DNA from: a bacterium
Lineage (GTDB): Bacteria; Bacillota; Clostridia; Christensenellales; CAG-138
Direction: 5' to 3'
NCBI GenBank assembly: GCA_963643205.1
Contig: CAVIJJ010000001.1
Location: forward strand, 134,651 to 198,650
Length of the DNA stretch: 64,000 bases
Shown here: positions 39,015 to 49,477 of the stretch, one piece after another
Layout of the letters: every line of letters starts with the position of its first letter
Position numbering within the stretch: position 1 is the stretch's first letter
The notes under the pieces: model-generated
Told to the model about the DNA's origin: nothing
Databases searched by the model: none
Seen by the model: only the letters and a program-made list of their open reading frames with translations
Program-made: the position numbers and the translations under genes

Positions 39015-41582
39015 TTATTTGGTATCGAACCAGCTATGTCCCATATGCACATCAGCCAGCAGAGGCACTTTCAGCTTTATTACATTTTCCATGCAGTCCT
39101 TAAGTATTTCGGCTATTAAATCGGCTTCTTCTTCAACAGCGTCTATTATCAGCTCATCGTGTACCTGCAAATTGAGTACGGACTTTAAGCCACGTTCCTT
39201 AAGTTCATTGCTCACGCGCACCATGGCCAGCTTTATTATATCCGCGGCTGTGCCTTGTATCGGCATATTCATAGCCACACGCTCGCCAAATGAACGCGTA
39301 TTGTAATTGGAGGATTTAAGCTCCGGCACTTCTCGCCTTCTGCCGAAAAGCGTAACCGCATATCCTTGCTGTTTCGCTTTTTCAATACATTCGTTTAAGT
39401 ATGCATGCACACGAGGATAACGCGAAAAATAAAGTTCTATATATCGTGCAGCCTCTTTTCGCGATATGCCCAATTGCTTTGCAAGGCCAAAGTCACTTAT
39501 CCCGTATACTATGCCGAAATTCACGGCTTTCGCCGCACTGCGCATCTCACCGGTTACGTTTTCAAACGGAACTCCAAATACCTCACTTGCTGTTTTGCGG
39601 TGAATATCTGCCCCTTCTATAAACGCACGGCACATTCCTTCATCCTCACTCATTGCCGCAAGCAGTCTAAGCTCAATTTGAGAATAATCGGCATCCACCA
39701 ATACTCTGCCTTCGCTTGCTACAAACGCCTTACGAATCTCTCTTCCGAGGCTTGTGCGCACAGGAATGTTTTGCAGATTGGGTTCAGTGCTCGATATTCT
39801 GCCGGTAGCCGTAACGTTTTGGTTAAACCGAGTATGAACTCGTCCTTGCTTATCTATAAGCGGAAGCATGCCGTCTATAAAGGTTGAGCAAAGCTTTGTA
39901 AGTGTCTTATACTCCAGTATTTTCCCAACTATGGGATGCTGATCTATAAGGCCATCAAGTACTTCCGAATCGGTTGAATACCCGCGTTTTGTTTTCTTTG
40001 TCGGAGGCAACCCCAATTTTTCAAAAAGGATCGTCCCCAACTGCTTGGGTGACAGTATGTTGAATTTTTCTCCGGCGCAGTCGTATATATCCTTTTCAAG
40101 CTGCGAAGCGCGAGCATTAAGCCCTTCGCTCATCGAAATAAGCGTGTTTCTGTCAACGGAGAAACCGGTACATTCCATGTCGTAGAGTACATTCACCAAA
40201 GGCAGCTCGATTTCATTGAACAGCTTCTGCAGATTATTTGATTTAAGCTCTGTCATCAGCTCATCTTTTAAGCGCATGAGCGCGGCTGAACCGCATTCAG
40301 AGGAATTCAGTCGTTCGGCCGAAAGCGTTTTTAAGTTCGTTGCAGGATGAATTGCGTGCAGCAGATAGTCGGCTATCATAGCATCAAAGCATACATTGGA
40401 TATACTAATCCCAAAGTTTGATGCGATATGCCTCATCGATTTACTGTCGAAGAATACTTTGGCAACAGTGCCGTCTTCCAATATAGGCTTAAGTGACGCG
40501 TATACATCATTTTCACTAAGGCCCATATCCAGCAGGGTTTGCCCGAGAACTATATCGTATTGTGTTTCACAGTCTATGCTGACGCTGAACACTCCGTCAA
40601 GGTGGAATGCTGCTACGCTTGTTTTAGCAAGTTTATGGCAAAGCTCTTCAAGTGAAGCCATGTTATCAATTACTATATGCTTTGCCGTAAATGTTGAAAC
40701 CTGATTTTCATTTGAAGTCATCTTATTATGCGGTATTCGCTCTATCAGATTTCTAAGTTCAAGCTCTCGCATCATTGATATGCCGCCACAAAGCTTGCTT
40801 TGATCAAACTTTGTATCGTCAAGCGTTATTTCAACCGGTGCCGCGGTATTTATAGTGCCGAGATAATAGCTCATCCTTGCGCTTTCGGCACCGTTTATCA
40901 GCTTTTGATTTAACGCTCCTTTTTCGTCGCAGGCGTGGGAAAGCGTATTTTCCATTGTGCCGTATTTTGAAAGCAACTTAAGCGCGGTTTTTTCGCCTAT
41001 TCCCGGTATACCCGGGATATTATCGGAACTATCGCCCATTAGAGCTTTTAGATCTATCATACGCTTCGGTTCAAGGCCGTACTGCTCCATTAAGGTTGCT
41101 TCATCGTATTCAACCGTTTCAGTTATGCCTTTTTTGGTCATGAGTACATGCGTATGCTCATTTACAAGCTGAAAAGCATCTCTATCCCCGGTAACAAGCA
41201 GTGCATCCACATTGTTTTCGTTGGCAATGCGCGCAAATGTACCTAGTATATCATCTGCTTCATAGCTTTGGCATTGGCATATAGTAACACCCATCTGGGG
41301 CAGTAATTCACGAATAAGCGAAAGCTGCGTTCTTAATTCATCAGGAGTTGCTTTTCTTCCGGCCTTGTATTCGCTGTATTTTTCGTGTCTAAATGTAGGT
41401 CCGTGCATATCAAACGCTACGAGCATATATTCAGGCTCCCGCTTAGCTAATTTAAGCAGCATGCTTATGAATCCATATATGGCGCCGGTAGGAGTACCGG
41501 CTCTGTTGGTCATATCAGGTAGAGCATAATAAGCCCTATGCATAAGGCTGTTACCATCTATCGCTATAAGCTTAGGCATCAA
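39015..41582 (-). CDS. polA: DNA polymerase I
   Basis: 5'-nuclease domain (LIAIDGNSLMHRAYYA), a central 3'-5' exo-like domain, and polymerase motifs A/B/C (DYSQIELR, RSAAKAVNFGIVYG, QVHDE). Confidence 0.96.
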   Translation of the reverse strand: MMPKLIAIDGNSLMHRAYYALPDMTNRAGTPTGAIYGFISMLLKLAKREPEYMLVAFDMHGPTFRHEKYSEYKAGRKATPDELRTQLSLIRELLPQMGVTICQCQSYEADDILGTFARIANENNVDALLVTGDRDAFQLVNEHTHVLMTKKGITETVEYDEATLMEQYGLEPKRMIDLKALMGDSSDNIPGIPGIGEKTALKLLSKYGTMENTLSHACDEKGALNQKLINGAESARMSYYLGTINTAAPVEITLDDTKFDQSKLCGGISMMRELELRNLIERIPHNKMTSNENQVSTFTAKHIVIDNMASLEELCHKLAKTSVAAFHLDGVFSVSIDCETQYDIVLGQTLLDMGLSENDVYASLKPILEDGTVAKVFFDSKSMRHIASNFGISISNVCFDAMIADYLLHAIHPATNLKTLSAERLNSSECGSAALMRLKDELMTELKSNNLQKLFNEIELPLVNVLYDMECTGFSVDRNTLISMSEGLNARASQLEKDIYDCAGEKFNILSPKQLGTILFEKLGLPPTKKTKRGYSTDSEVLDGLIDQHPIVGKILEYKTLTKLCSTFIDGMLPLIDKQGRVHTRFNQNVTATGRISSTEPNLQNIPVRTSLGREIRKAFVASEGRVLVDADYSQIELRLLAAMSEDEGMCRAFIEGADIHRKTASEVFGVPFENVTGEMRSAAKAVNFGIVYGISDFGLAKQLGISRKEAARYIELYFSRYPRVHAYLNECIEKAKQQGYAVTLFGRRREVPELKSSNYNTRSFGERVAMNMPIQGTAADIIKLAMVRVSNELKERGLKSVLNLQVHDELIIDAVEEEADLIAEILKDCMENVIKLKVPLLADVHMGHSWFDTK

Positions 41583-42896
41583 TCAATTCACCTCTTTATA
41601 AATCAAAGGAACCTTTGCCGGTTCATCATTGTCTATTTTAATCGCATCAAGAAGAATTCTTTTTGCTTCATCAAGCCTTGAATCATTGTTTACATACAGC
41701 GTTGCCAAACTATCGGCAGTTGTTATTTTTGATCCGAGGCTTATATGCATAACCAAACCGGCTGAGTAGTCTATACTATCCCCTCGTTTGGCACGACCTG
41801 CGCCAAGCATCTGCGCCGCTATGCCGATTCTATCCGTTTGCATATGGCTTACATAGCCGTTTTTTGCGGGATATATATCAATTTTTCTTGAAATACGCTC
41901 AATCATTTTGCGAGGATTTACTATAAATTCATCCTCTCCGCCCAAAGCGCTTAGCATAAGCTGTAGTTTCTTCAAGGCCTCACCGGACTTGAGAGCAAGC
42001 ATTAGCCTTGTCTGCGCTTCATTAGTATCTTTTGCAAGGCCGGAAAGCGTAAGTGCTTTGTTGGCAATGGCCAGGCTTAAAGTAAGCAGCCGGTTTCCCG
42101 CACAAAGCTTATTTGACAAAGCATCATAAACCTCTATTATTTCAAGCGCATTGCCGATAGCCGATCCCAAGGGCTGATTCATATCCGTTATTATGGCAGA
42201 TGTGCACCTTCCGGCGCGTTTACCTATATCTACCATAGTGACGGCAAGCTTTTCGGCATCTTCTATATCATGCATAAAAGCACCGCTGCCTGTTTTTACG
42301 TCCAGTATTATGGCATCGGAACCCAGCGCAAGTTTTTTGCTCATTATGCTGGAAGCAATAAGCGGAATACTCTCCACCGTACCCGTTACATCTCTAAGAG
42401 CATACATCAGTTTATCTGCGGGAACAAAGCTATCTGTTTGTCCGGCGATGCACAAACCAATATCAGAAACAATTTTTTTGAAGTGCTCCATATCTAATGT
42501 AGTGCTTAAAGATGGTATGGATTCAAGCTTATCGAGTGTGCCGCCGGTATGTCCGAGCCCGCGCCCACTGAGCATAATCGCATTGCCGCCACAGGCAGCA
42601 ACAAGCGGGGCCACAATTAACGAAGCGGAATCCGCAACACCGCCGGTAGAATGTTTGTCTATCTTAATGCCCTTAATATCACTTAAATCCAGGCTATCTC
42701 CGGAATTTTTCATTGCCATGGTCAAATCGGTGATCTGCTCAGCTGCCATCCCCTTTAGACATACAGCCATCATCCATGCCGACATTTGATAATCCGGAAT
42801 TTCTCCGTTTGTAAATCCGTTTACTAAGAACGTTATTTCATCCTTACTCAGCGGTTCGCCGCGACGGGCCTTCATTATCAGATCAACCGTTCTCAT
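41583..42896 (-). CDS. pdp: Pyrimidine-nucleoside (thymidine) phosphorylase
   Basis: Glycosyl transferase family 3 blocks (KHSTGGVADS, GRGLGHTGGTLDKLES) and a PYNP C-terminal domain. Confidence 0.92.
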   Translation of the reverse strand: MRTVDLIMKARRGEPLSKDEITFLVNGFTNGEIPDYQMSAWMMAVCLKGMAAEQITDLTMAMKNSGDSLDLSDIKGIKIDKHSTGGVADSASLIVAPLVAACGGNAIMLSGRGLGHTGGTLDKLESIPSLSTTLDMEHFKKIVSDIGLCIAGQTDSFVPADKLMYALRDVTGTVESIPLIASSIMSKKLALGSDAIILDVKTGSGAFMHDIEDAEKLAVTMVDIGKRAGRCTSAIITDMNQPLGSAIGNALEIIEVYDALSNKLCAGNRLLTLSLAIANKALTLSGLAKDTNEAQTRLMLALKSGEALKKLQLMLSALGGEDEFIVNPRKMIERISRKIDIYPAKNGYVSHMQTDRIGIAAQMLGAGRAKRGDSIDYSAGLVMHISLGSKITTADSLATLYVNNDSRLDEAKRILLDAIKIDNDEPAKVPLIYKEVN

Positions 42897-42912
42897 GGCA
42901 ATATTTCCTTTC

Positions 42913-43809
42913 TTATTCGTACCCCAGTTCTTTTAAAGCTCCGGGGCTGTTTCGCCAATCATCTCTCACCTTTACCCAAAGCTGTAAGTTCACGCGCGTA
43001 CCCAGCATCCACTCCATGTCTTTGCGCGCTTCGCTGCCTATTTGTTTCAGCATGGATCCTTTTTTCCCTATGATTATTCCCTTGTGCCCCTCACGTTCAC
43101 AATATATGGTTGCCCACATATCGTACAATTCGCCGTTTGGACGCAGTACCATTTTATCTATACCTACACCTATTCCGTGAGGTACCTCATCCTTCAGCAG
43201 ATTTAACGCTTTTTCCCGTATAATTTCCGCGCAAACAACGCGCTCCGGCATATCGGTAACCATATCTTCCGGGAAATACATTGGGCCCGGAACAAGATAA
43301 TTGGCTATGGCCGCCTCCAGAGCATCCACTCCAGTTCCCGTTTCAGCTGAGATTTCGAATATATTCTTAAAACAGCTTTCCTTTTCAAGCCTCTTTCTGG
43401 CAGTGTCTACCGCGTTTTTTTCAGCAATGTCGCATTTGTTTATTGCAGCAATTATAGGAGCTTTCGCTTCTCTAAGCTTCGCGATTATAGCCTCATCGCG
43501 TTCACGAATGCCATTCGCGGCGTCCGCCATAAAAAGTACGCACTCCACCTCGTTTAGCGATTCATACGCGACTTTGAGCATATACTCGCCAAGCCTGTTC
43601 TTTGGCGCGGCAACGCCGGGAGTATCAAGAAAAACTATTTGATATTCAGGCCTTGTAGCAACGCCCATTATGCGGTTCCTGGTTGTTTGAGCCTTGGGAG
43701 AAACTATTGATACCTTCTGGCCTACAACACGATTCAGCAGCGTGCTTTTACCGGCGTTCGGAGAGCCGATTATAGATACAAAGCCTGAGCGAAAGGTTGA
43801 ATTTATCAT
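42913..43809 (-). CDS. era: GTPase Era
   Basis: G motifs GSPNAGKST, DTPG and NKCD, plus a KH domain at the C-terminus. Confidence 0.95.
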   Translation of the reverse strand: MINSTFRSGFVSIIGSPNAGKSTLLNRVVGQKVSIVSPKAQTTRNRIMGVATRPEYQIVFLDTPGVAAPKNRLGEYMLKVAYESLNEVECVLFMADAANGIRERDEAIIAKLREAKAPIIAAINKCDIAEKNAVDTARKRLEKESCFKNIFEISAETGTGVDALEAAIANYLVPGPMYFPEDMVTDMPERVVCAEIIREKALNLLKDEVPHGIGVGIDKMVLRPNGELYDMWATIYCEREGHKGIIIGKKGSMLKQIGSEARKDMEWMLGTRVNLQLWVKVRDDWRNSPGALKELGYE

Positions 43810-44222
43810 AAATTCATATCCTTTTTAGAAAATGCGTACGGCAACAGCTCCTCTAGCGACATTATTTTATATTCGCCCTTCTTGTTGGCGCATATTATAG
43901 GCATTTCGCCGTCGCAAAACTCGCTCAGCACCTGGCGGCAAACTCCGCACGGAACGGCAGGAGTATCCCCGTCCCAAACTATCGCAAGCGCGTCAAACTG
44001 GCGCTCACCCTCATATATTGCCCGAAGCATAGCAACGCGTTCTGCACATACGGTTGGTGAATACGCGGCATTTTCAATATTGCAGCCAAAATAATACGCG
44101 CCTGACGCGCCCTTAAGGCATGCCCCCACCCTGAATTTTGAATACGGCACATAAGCACGCTCCTTGGCATCATTAGCCATTCTTAAAAGATTTTTAACCT
44201 CAAACTCATGTATGCTTCTCAT
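43806..44222 (-). CDS. cdd: Cytidine deaminase
   Basis: Zinc motifs CAERVA and PCGVCRQ. 138 aa. Confidence 0.92.
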   Translation of the reverse strand: MRSIHEFEVKNLLRMANDAKERAYVPYSKFRVGACLKGASGAYYFGCNIENAAYSPTVCAERVAMLRAIYEGERQFDALAIVWDGDTPAVPCGVCRQVLSEFCDGEMPIICANKKGEYKIMSLEELLPYAFSKKDMNL

Positions 44223-44656
44223 CTTGTTATCCCCATATCATTTAATATTTTATCCTGAAGGGCAAACATTTCTTGCCTCTCTTCATCCGTCATATGATCA
44301 TAGCCAAGTATATGCAGACAACCATGAACAGTCAAAAACGAAAGTTCCCTTTCAAAAGAGTGCCCGTATTCCTCGGCCTGCGCCTTGGCTCTGTCTATCG
44401 AAATCGCGATATCGCCCAAGAAACCGTCTGGAACGGAAGAAAGCTCCTCTCCTTCACTTGAAGGAAAGCTCAATACATCCGTAGGCCTGTCAACATTGCG
44501 ATAATCCCTGTTCATAGCCCAAATGCCATCATCATCCGTTACAAGAACGCTTATATTACCCGAAACTTTCTCGGCGGCCAGCGCTCCATTGGCGGCCCGT
44601 TTAATTATCACCTCGGTATCCTTTGGACAATCCGTTTCAAGTATAACATCTATCAT
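44219..44656 (-). CDS. ybeY: rRNA maturation endoribonuclease YbeY
   Basis: HGCLHILGYDH metal-binding motif. 145 aa. Confidence 0.92.
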   Translation of the reverse strand: MIDVILETDCPKDTEVIIKRAANGALAAEKVSGNISVLVTDDDGIWAMNRDYRNVDRPTDVLSFPSSEGEELSSVPDGFLGDIAISIDRAKAQAEEYGHSFERELSFLTVHGCLHILGYDHMTDEERQEMFALQDKILNDMGITR

Positions 44657-46791
44657 TTTTTAAGATCCTCCATGTTCGGATATTCTATCCTATCATGCAT
44701 CAAACCGGCGAAAGTTTTCAAAAAGCTCTTCTCTATTTCGCTTATCTCGGCGATTGTAAGCGGCGCGTTAGACATCATATTCTCGTTTTCGTTAAGCTTG
44801 CCCCATATTATCTTGTGCACCATTTGCTCAACGGCGGCGCTGTTTGTATCTCCCAATGATCTAACTGCGGCTTCACAACCATCGGCCATCATAACAATTG
44901 CGCTCTCTTTTGAAGACGGCCTATTTCCGGGATAGCGGAATCCTTTTTCCTTCACGCTGTCATCCGCCTGTTTTGCCTTAAAATAGAAATAAGTCATAAG
45001 CGAATTGCCATGGTGCTCTCCGCATATCTTTATAACGGCGGAGGGGAGCTTATATTTTGTTAATAAGGTTACGCCGTCCTTTTGATGGGCGATAATAGTT
45101 TGAGCGCTTTCAAGCGGCGGAAGAGTATCGTGTATATTCTCGCCGTTTTTCTGATTTTCCTTAAAATACAGCGGACGCCTCAGCTTGCCTACGTCATGAT
45201 AATATGCCCCTACACGCGCAAGCAATGCATCTGCGCCTATGCGCTCAGCGGCGCCTTCCGCAAGAGCCGCAACCATAACACTATGCTGATAGGTTCCCGG
45301 AGCTTCGCTCATAAGCTGTTTCAAAAGAGGGTGGTTGGTATTGCTCAATTCATTTAACCTTGCCGGCGTAGCAACATCAAATAAGGTTTCCCATATAGAC
45401 AGCGAACCCGTAACCAGCAGGGAGCAAACTATCGCACTGCCGAATATCCAGGCGATTGACTCCATCAAACTCCAGAATTCGCATTTTAGCATAAGCTGGA
45501 GCATCAGCATGACAAACGCTGCATATCCGCCGCCTACCGCGCCGGCAGCTATCATGGACGCCCTGCTTTGTGCCTGCTTAAGAGCAAGGATAGCGGCGAA
45601 GCCGGAAACCATATTGCATATTATCATTATTGTGCAATGCGAACCGAGTATTCCGCTGCCTGATCCGCCGGCCATTATGCCGAATATAACGCTCAGAAGC
45701 ATGTTAACAGCATACGCCGTGCCCTCGCCAACAAGTAAAGAAGTTAGCATTATAGGGATGAGTATAGGCGTAAAACGGTAATCAACGCGATTGGTAAGAT
45801 AAGCTAATCCGCAGGAAAGCATTATCAGCACAGAAACAATGGCCATGCATTTTATGCTGGAAAGAGTTTCCTTTTCCATAAAACGCATATAAATTGCAAA
45901 TAAAGCAAACAGCAGCAGAATAAAGAGAAGTATTCCTACTGTAAGGCTTATGTTGCTGTCTTCTCCCTTGACCAAATCCATGCTTTCAAGCAGCGCAAAT
46001 TGGGATTCGCTTACTATGCTGCCTTTTTCCACCACAATTTGGCCTTTCTTTACCGTTATCGGTTCAACGCTTTCAATAGCCGCGGCATGTTCAGCCTCTG
46101 TCGCAGATGTATCCACTCCCAAAGTAGGCTGAAGGAAGTTGTCAAATATGAGTACCGCGATTTTCTTAAGCCCGGCCGGTATTGCGCTCATTGCGTTTAT
46201 TTCACGCGTGCAGCTGGATACCAAGCTATCTCGACCGTCCTCCGACACCCCGGCTTCGAGTGCGGTATTAAGCTTTGAAAGTGTAACATCCTTTAGGGTT
46301 TGCAGCTGATCACTGCTTGCGGACAGTACAGCCAGCAGACTTGATTCATCTATCGCAGGCGATACGGCAGAGCAAAGAGAAGCCTTTGATGCGTCCGAGA
46401 GAGCTTCTCCCCACTGAGATGATGTTGCGGGCATATCCGCATCCTGTGGTACTTCAGCCGCTGCTTTTACGTAAAGTTTTTCAAGGCCCAAAAAGAAATC
46501 TTCCGCGTTATTTTCGTATTCGCTAATCTTTGCCGAGTCGATTGCATATACGCTGCCTGCTTCGCTGCGTGCCTTTTCGCGCATTATTTCCGTATTTATT
46601 TCGTCTACTGCCTCGCAGGTAGCAAGAATGGTAGCAGGTGACACCTCTCCGACTTTTACATCATATCTTACAGGCGTGAGCATGCCTTTAACAAATATAA
46701 AGGCCACAGCTAAAGACAGCAAAAGCATACAAAGCGAAATTAACCTTGCATTTTTCCTGGTAATCTGTTTTGTTGCTTCACGTTTTGCCAA
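44653..46791 (-). CDS. pgpH: 7TM-HD membrane phosphohydrolase (PgpH/YqfF family, c-di-AMP phosphodiesterase type)
   Basis: Extracellular N-domain, 7 TM helices and a C-terminal HD domain (HSVMVA...YHDVGK). phoH-pgpH-ybeY synteny. Confidence 0.85.
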   Translation of the reverse strand: MAKREATKQITRKNARLISLCMLLLSLAVAFIFVKGMLTPVRYDVKVGEVSPATILATCEAVDEINTEIMREKARSEAGSVYAIDSAKISEYENNAEDFFLGLEKLYVKAAAEVPQDADMPATSSQWGEALSDASKASLCSAVSPAIDESSLLAVLSASSDQLQTLKDVTLSKLNTALEAGVSEDGRDSLVSSCTREINAMSAIPAGLKKIAVLIFDNFLQPTLGVDTSATEAEHAAAIESVEPITVKKGQIVVEKGSIVSESQFALLESMDLVKGEDSNISLTVGILLFILLLFALFAIYMRFMEKETLSSIKCMAIVSVLIMLSCGLAYLTNRVDYRFTPILIPIMLTSLLVGEGTAYAVNMLLSVIFGIMAGGSGSGILGSHCTIMIICNMVSGFAAILALKQAQSRASMIAAGAVGGGYAAFVMLMLQLMLKCEFWSLMESIAWIFGSAIVCSLLVTGSLSIWETLFDVATPARLNELSNTNHPLLKQLMSEAPGTYQHSVMVAALAEGAAERIGADALLARVGAYYHDVGKLRRPLYFKENQKNGENIHDTLPPLESAQTIIAHQKDGVTLLTKYKLPSAVIKICGEHHGNSLMTYFYFKAKQADDSVKEKGFRYPGNRPSSKESAIVMMADGCEAAVRSLGDTNSAAVEQMVHKIIWGKLNENENMMSNAPLTIAEISEIEKSFLKTFAGLMHDRIEYPNMEDLKK

Positions 46792-46808
46792 TATTATGCG
46801 CCTCCTTG

Positions 46809-47813
46809 TCAGCTTTTTCTGTTGTAAGCCCTATCGTACGCGGTTATTATCCGCTGCACCATCTCGTGACGAACAACGTCCTTGTACGTAAGATAAACCT
46901 GCGCGATACCCTCTACATCTTTAAGTACGCCAAGCGCGTGTACCAGCCCGCTTTTTCTTTCCGGCGGAAGGTCAATTTGCGTTATATCTCCGGTAACGAC
47001 AACGCGGGAGCCTTCTCCGAAGCGAGTAAGGAACATTTTCATTTGCTCTATGGTGCAGTTCTGCGCTTCGTCCAGTATTATGTAAGCATCATTTAGAGTA
47101 CGTCCTCGCATATACGCAAGGGGCGCAACCTCTATAACTCCGCGTTCCGAAAGATTCTTGAAAGTTTCAGGACCAAGGAAATCATACAGTGCATCATAAA
47201 GCGGCCTAAGATAAGGATCCACCTTATTCTGAAGATCCCCGGGAAGAAAGCCTAGCTTTTCGCCGGCCTCAACTGCGGGTCTTGTAAGTATAATCTTTTC
47301 TACCTCTTTATTTTTGTACGCAAGTACAGCCATTGCCACCGCAAGATATGTTTTGCCGGTACCGGCCGGACCAACTCCAAACACGACCGTGTTTCGTTTT
47401 AATGCGTTAACATACTTCTTTTGCCCAAGCGTTTTGCACTTTATGCGCCTGCCCTTCGCGGTAAAAGCAACCACATCGCTTTCAAGCTCCGTTATAAGAT
47501 CCGCGTTGCCCTCTTTCGCAAGGTCAACGGCATAGCGAATACGACTGCGATCTATATTTTCTCCTCGTCTGACGGTTATAAGAAGTTTTTCAACAACCGT
47601 TTGCGCCAGCGTTACAGCCTCTTCAGATCCTTCAATACGTATGCAATCACCTGCCGCTATTATATGTGCGCCGGTTTCCGCATCAATAACCCTTAAATTT
47701 TCATCAAACACACCAAAAAGCTTTATCATTTCATCCATCGACTCTACGCTGCATTCTGCGGTGCAAAGCTTTTCGGAGTCTTCAGCAAGCTTGGTCCTTA
47801 AATAATCTTCCAT
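46809..47813 (-). CDS. phoH: PhoH-family ATPase
   Basis: Walker A GPAGTGKTYLAVA and Walker B ILDEAQN, with a KH-like N-terminal extension. Confidence 0.92.
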   Translation of the reverse strand: MEDYLRTKLAEDSEKLCTAECSVESMDEMIKLFGVFDENLRVIDAETGAHIIAAGDCIRIEGSEEAVTLAQTVVEKLLITVRRGENIDRSRIRYAVDLAKEGNADLITELESDVVAFTAKGRRIKCKTLGQKKYVNALKRNTVVFGVGPAGTGKTYLAVAMAVLAYKNKEVEKIILTRPAVEAGEKLGFLPGDLQNKVDPYLRPLYDALYDFLGPETFKNLSERGVIEVAPLAYMRGRTLNDAYIILDEAQNCTIEQMKMFLTRFGEGSRVVVTGDITQIDLPPERKSGLVHALGVLKDVEGIAQVYLTYKDVVRHEMVQRIITAYDRAYNRKS

Positions 47814-47990
47814 ACATAATACCTCTTAATCACGCATGGGAATCACCCGATCTTTACTGCAACATAAATGAAGGTAATTCTCCGCTACATTAATAATATC
47901 ATATTCGTCCTGATTATTCCATACATCATTGCCGTGCCTTGTCATTCAAAAGTCTGAGAAAAAACAAAATTAACGAAATATACATTATTT

Positions 47991-48049
47991 GTACAATAAT
48001 ACAGCCGCACTCAATAGCCGGTGTTAAGCCAACGCTATCGGTACGGCTG
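47991..48049 (-). terminator. Long imperfect hairpin after tcdA (probable terminator)
   Basis: Outer stem CAGCCG/CGGCTG, inner ATAGC/GCTAT and GG/CC pairs, followed by UAUUAUU on the minus strand. Confidence 0.4.
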
Positions 48050-48062
48050 CAATGTTTATGCT

Positions 48063-48785
48063 TTAATTGCGGTTAAAAGCGATGTCTTTTATTACTTCAC
48101 CGGCTAGTATCAAGCCGGCTGCTCCCGGTACAAACGATATACTGCCCGGCGTTGAACGTCTTTTAGAATCTGTATCGGCATTATTGCTGAATGCTGGCGT
48201 TAGCGGCTCCTCCTTTGAATATACGACTTTCAGATTATCGATGCCCCGTTTTTTCAGTTCTCTGCGCATAACGCGGGCAAGAGGACAAACTGAAGTTTTA
48301 TATATGTCCGCAACCTCAAAGCACGAAGCATCAAGTTTATTGCCCGCGCCCATACAGCTGATAACATTTGTTCCTGCTCGTTTTGCTTGCTCTATAATCA
48401 ATAGCTTAGATGATATGGTGTCTATTGCATCGATTACATAATCATATTCCGAGAAGTCTATAATATCTTTGTTTTCCTCGGCATAAAAACAATTTAGGGC
48501 TGTTATATTGCAATCCGGATTTATATCCAGCGCTCGCCCGGCCATAACATCAACCTTGGGAATGCCGACTGTTGAATCCAGCGCTATTAGCTGGCGATTA
48601 ATATTGCTCTTAGCAACAGTGTCACCGTCTATAAATACCAGCGTGCCGATGCCGCTTCTGACAAGTGCTTCCGCCGCATACGATCCTACACCGCCCACTC
48701 CGAAAAGGACTACCTTTGCGTTCAATAGTCTAATCATTCCTTCATCGCCTATCAAGGCTTTTGTTCTTACAAATCTTTCTTCCAT
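48063..48785 (-). CDS. tcdA: tRNA threonylcarbamoyladenosine dehydratase (ThiF/MoeB-like E1 fold)
   Basis: Rossmann motif GVGGVGSYAAEALVRSGIG. 240 aa, of the TcdA/CsdL type. Confidence 0.82.
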   Translation of the reverse strand: MEERFVRTKALIGDEGMIRLLNAKVVLFGVGGVGSYAAEALVRSGIGTLVFIDGDTVAKSNINRQLIALDSTVGIPKVDVMAGRALDINPDCNITALNCFYAEENKDIIDFSEYDYVIDAIDTISSKLLIIEQAKRAGTNVISCMGAGNKLDASCFEVADIYKTSVCPLARVMRRELKKRGIDNLKVVYSKEEPLTPAFSNNADTDSKRRSTPGSISFVPGAAGLILAGEVIKDIAFNRN

Positions 48786-48831
48786 GGATAACAGTATACT
48801 TTAGCTGAATAACTTTGGCAACAGGTTGCGT

Positions 48832-49476
48832 TTACTCCGAATAGCCCGCTAAGCACACGGCAGCGCCGTATACTGCTAATGCGCCGTTTGCCTTTAGAAC
48901 TTTGGCGCATTCGTTCATCGTAGATCCGGTTGTATATACATCGTCTATTATCAATATACGCTTGCCGTTTGCCGCCTTTGCTGCCCCAAAAGCATTTTTC
49001 ATATTTTCAACTCGTTGAGTTTTATCAAGTTCTCTTTGGCTCTTAGTGTTCTTTTTTCGAATTACGAGTGACTCATCCAGCACAAGACCATATTTTTCGC
49101 AAAGTTCACGGGCTATCAGTTCGCTCTGATTATAGCCTCTTTTACGTAGTTTTTTAGGATGCAGAGGTATCGGAACAACTGCATCCGGATGCCATTCATC
49201 GGGCAGTTCAATAAGTGAAGCAAAGAATTTGCATAAGTAACGCGCATCATTATATTTGTAGTTATGCACGGCAGCTGCGATATGCTTCGTGTAGTGAATT
49301 GCGCAGTATATGCTGTCAATATATTCAGTACAGCCAACTATACCGGCGGTTTTAATCAAAGACGCGCACTCGTCGCAGAGCCCGTGATTATCCGTATGCG
49401 CTTCGCTGCCGCATATAGCGCACACAACATTATTGGGGTATATGGCATTCAATATACAATCAATTATCTGGTTCAC
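48832..49476 (-). CDS. comFC: ComF-family protein (ComFC-like, PRTase fold with N-terminal Cys4 zinc finger)
   Basis: CxxC...CxxC N-terminus and the PRTase motif ILIIDDVYTTGST. Confidence 0.85.
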   Translation of the reverse strand: MNQIIDCILNAIYPNNVVCAICGSEAHTDNHGLCDECASLIKTAGIVGCTEYIDSIYCAIHYTKHIAAAVHNYKYNDARYLCKFFASLIELPDEWHPDAVVPIPLHPKKLRKRGYNQSELIARELCEKYGLVLDESLVIRKKNTKSQRELDKTQRVENMKNAFGAAKAANGKRILIIDDVYTTGSTMNECAKVLKANGALAVYGAAVCLAGYSE

Positions 49477-49477
49477 A

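Noticed and set aside
38545-39306. 253-aa Ser-rich ORF on the plus strand. Similar long antisense ORFs occur at 16853-17548, 31542-32204, 33254-33961, 42193-42789 and 1445-2041.
   Set aside because: All are antisense to strongly recognisable genes (coaE/polA, rimO/ftsK, mutS2, pdp, mutL). They have Ser/Leu/Ile-rich junk-like translations and no RBS. They look like codon-bias shadows.
47814-48062. 249-bp untranslated gap upstream of phoH, examined for a riboswitch, sRNA or small ORF
   Set aside because: I recognised only a long imperfect hairpin consistent with the tcdA terminator. There are no conserved riboswitch motifs. The only ORF is 13 codons long and has no RBS.
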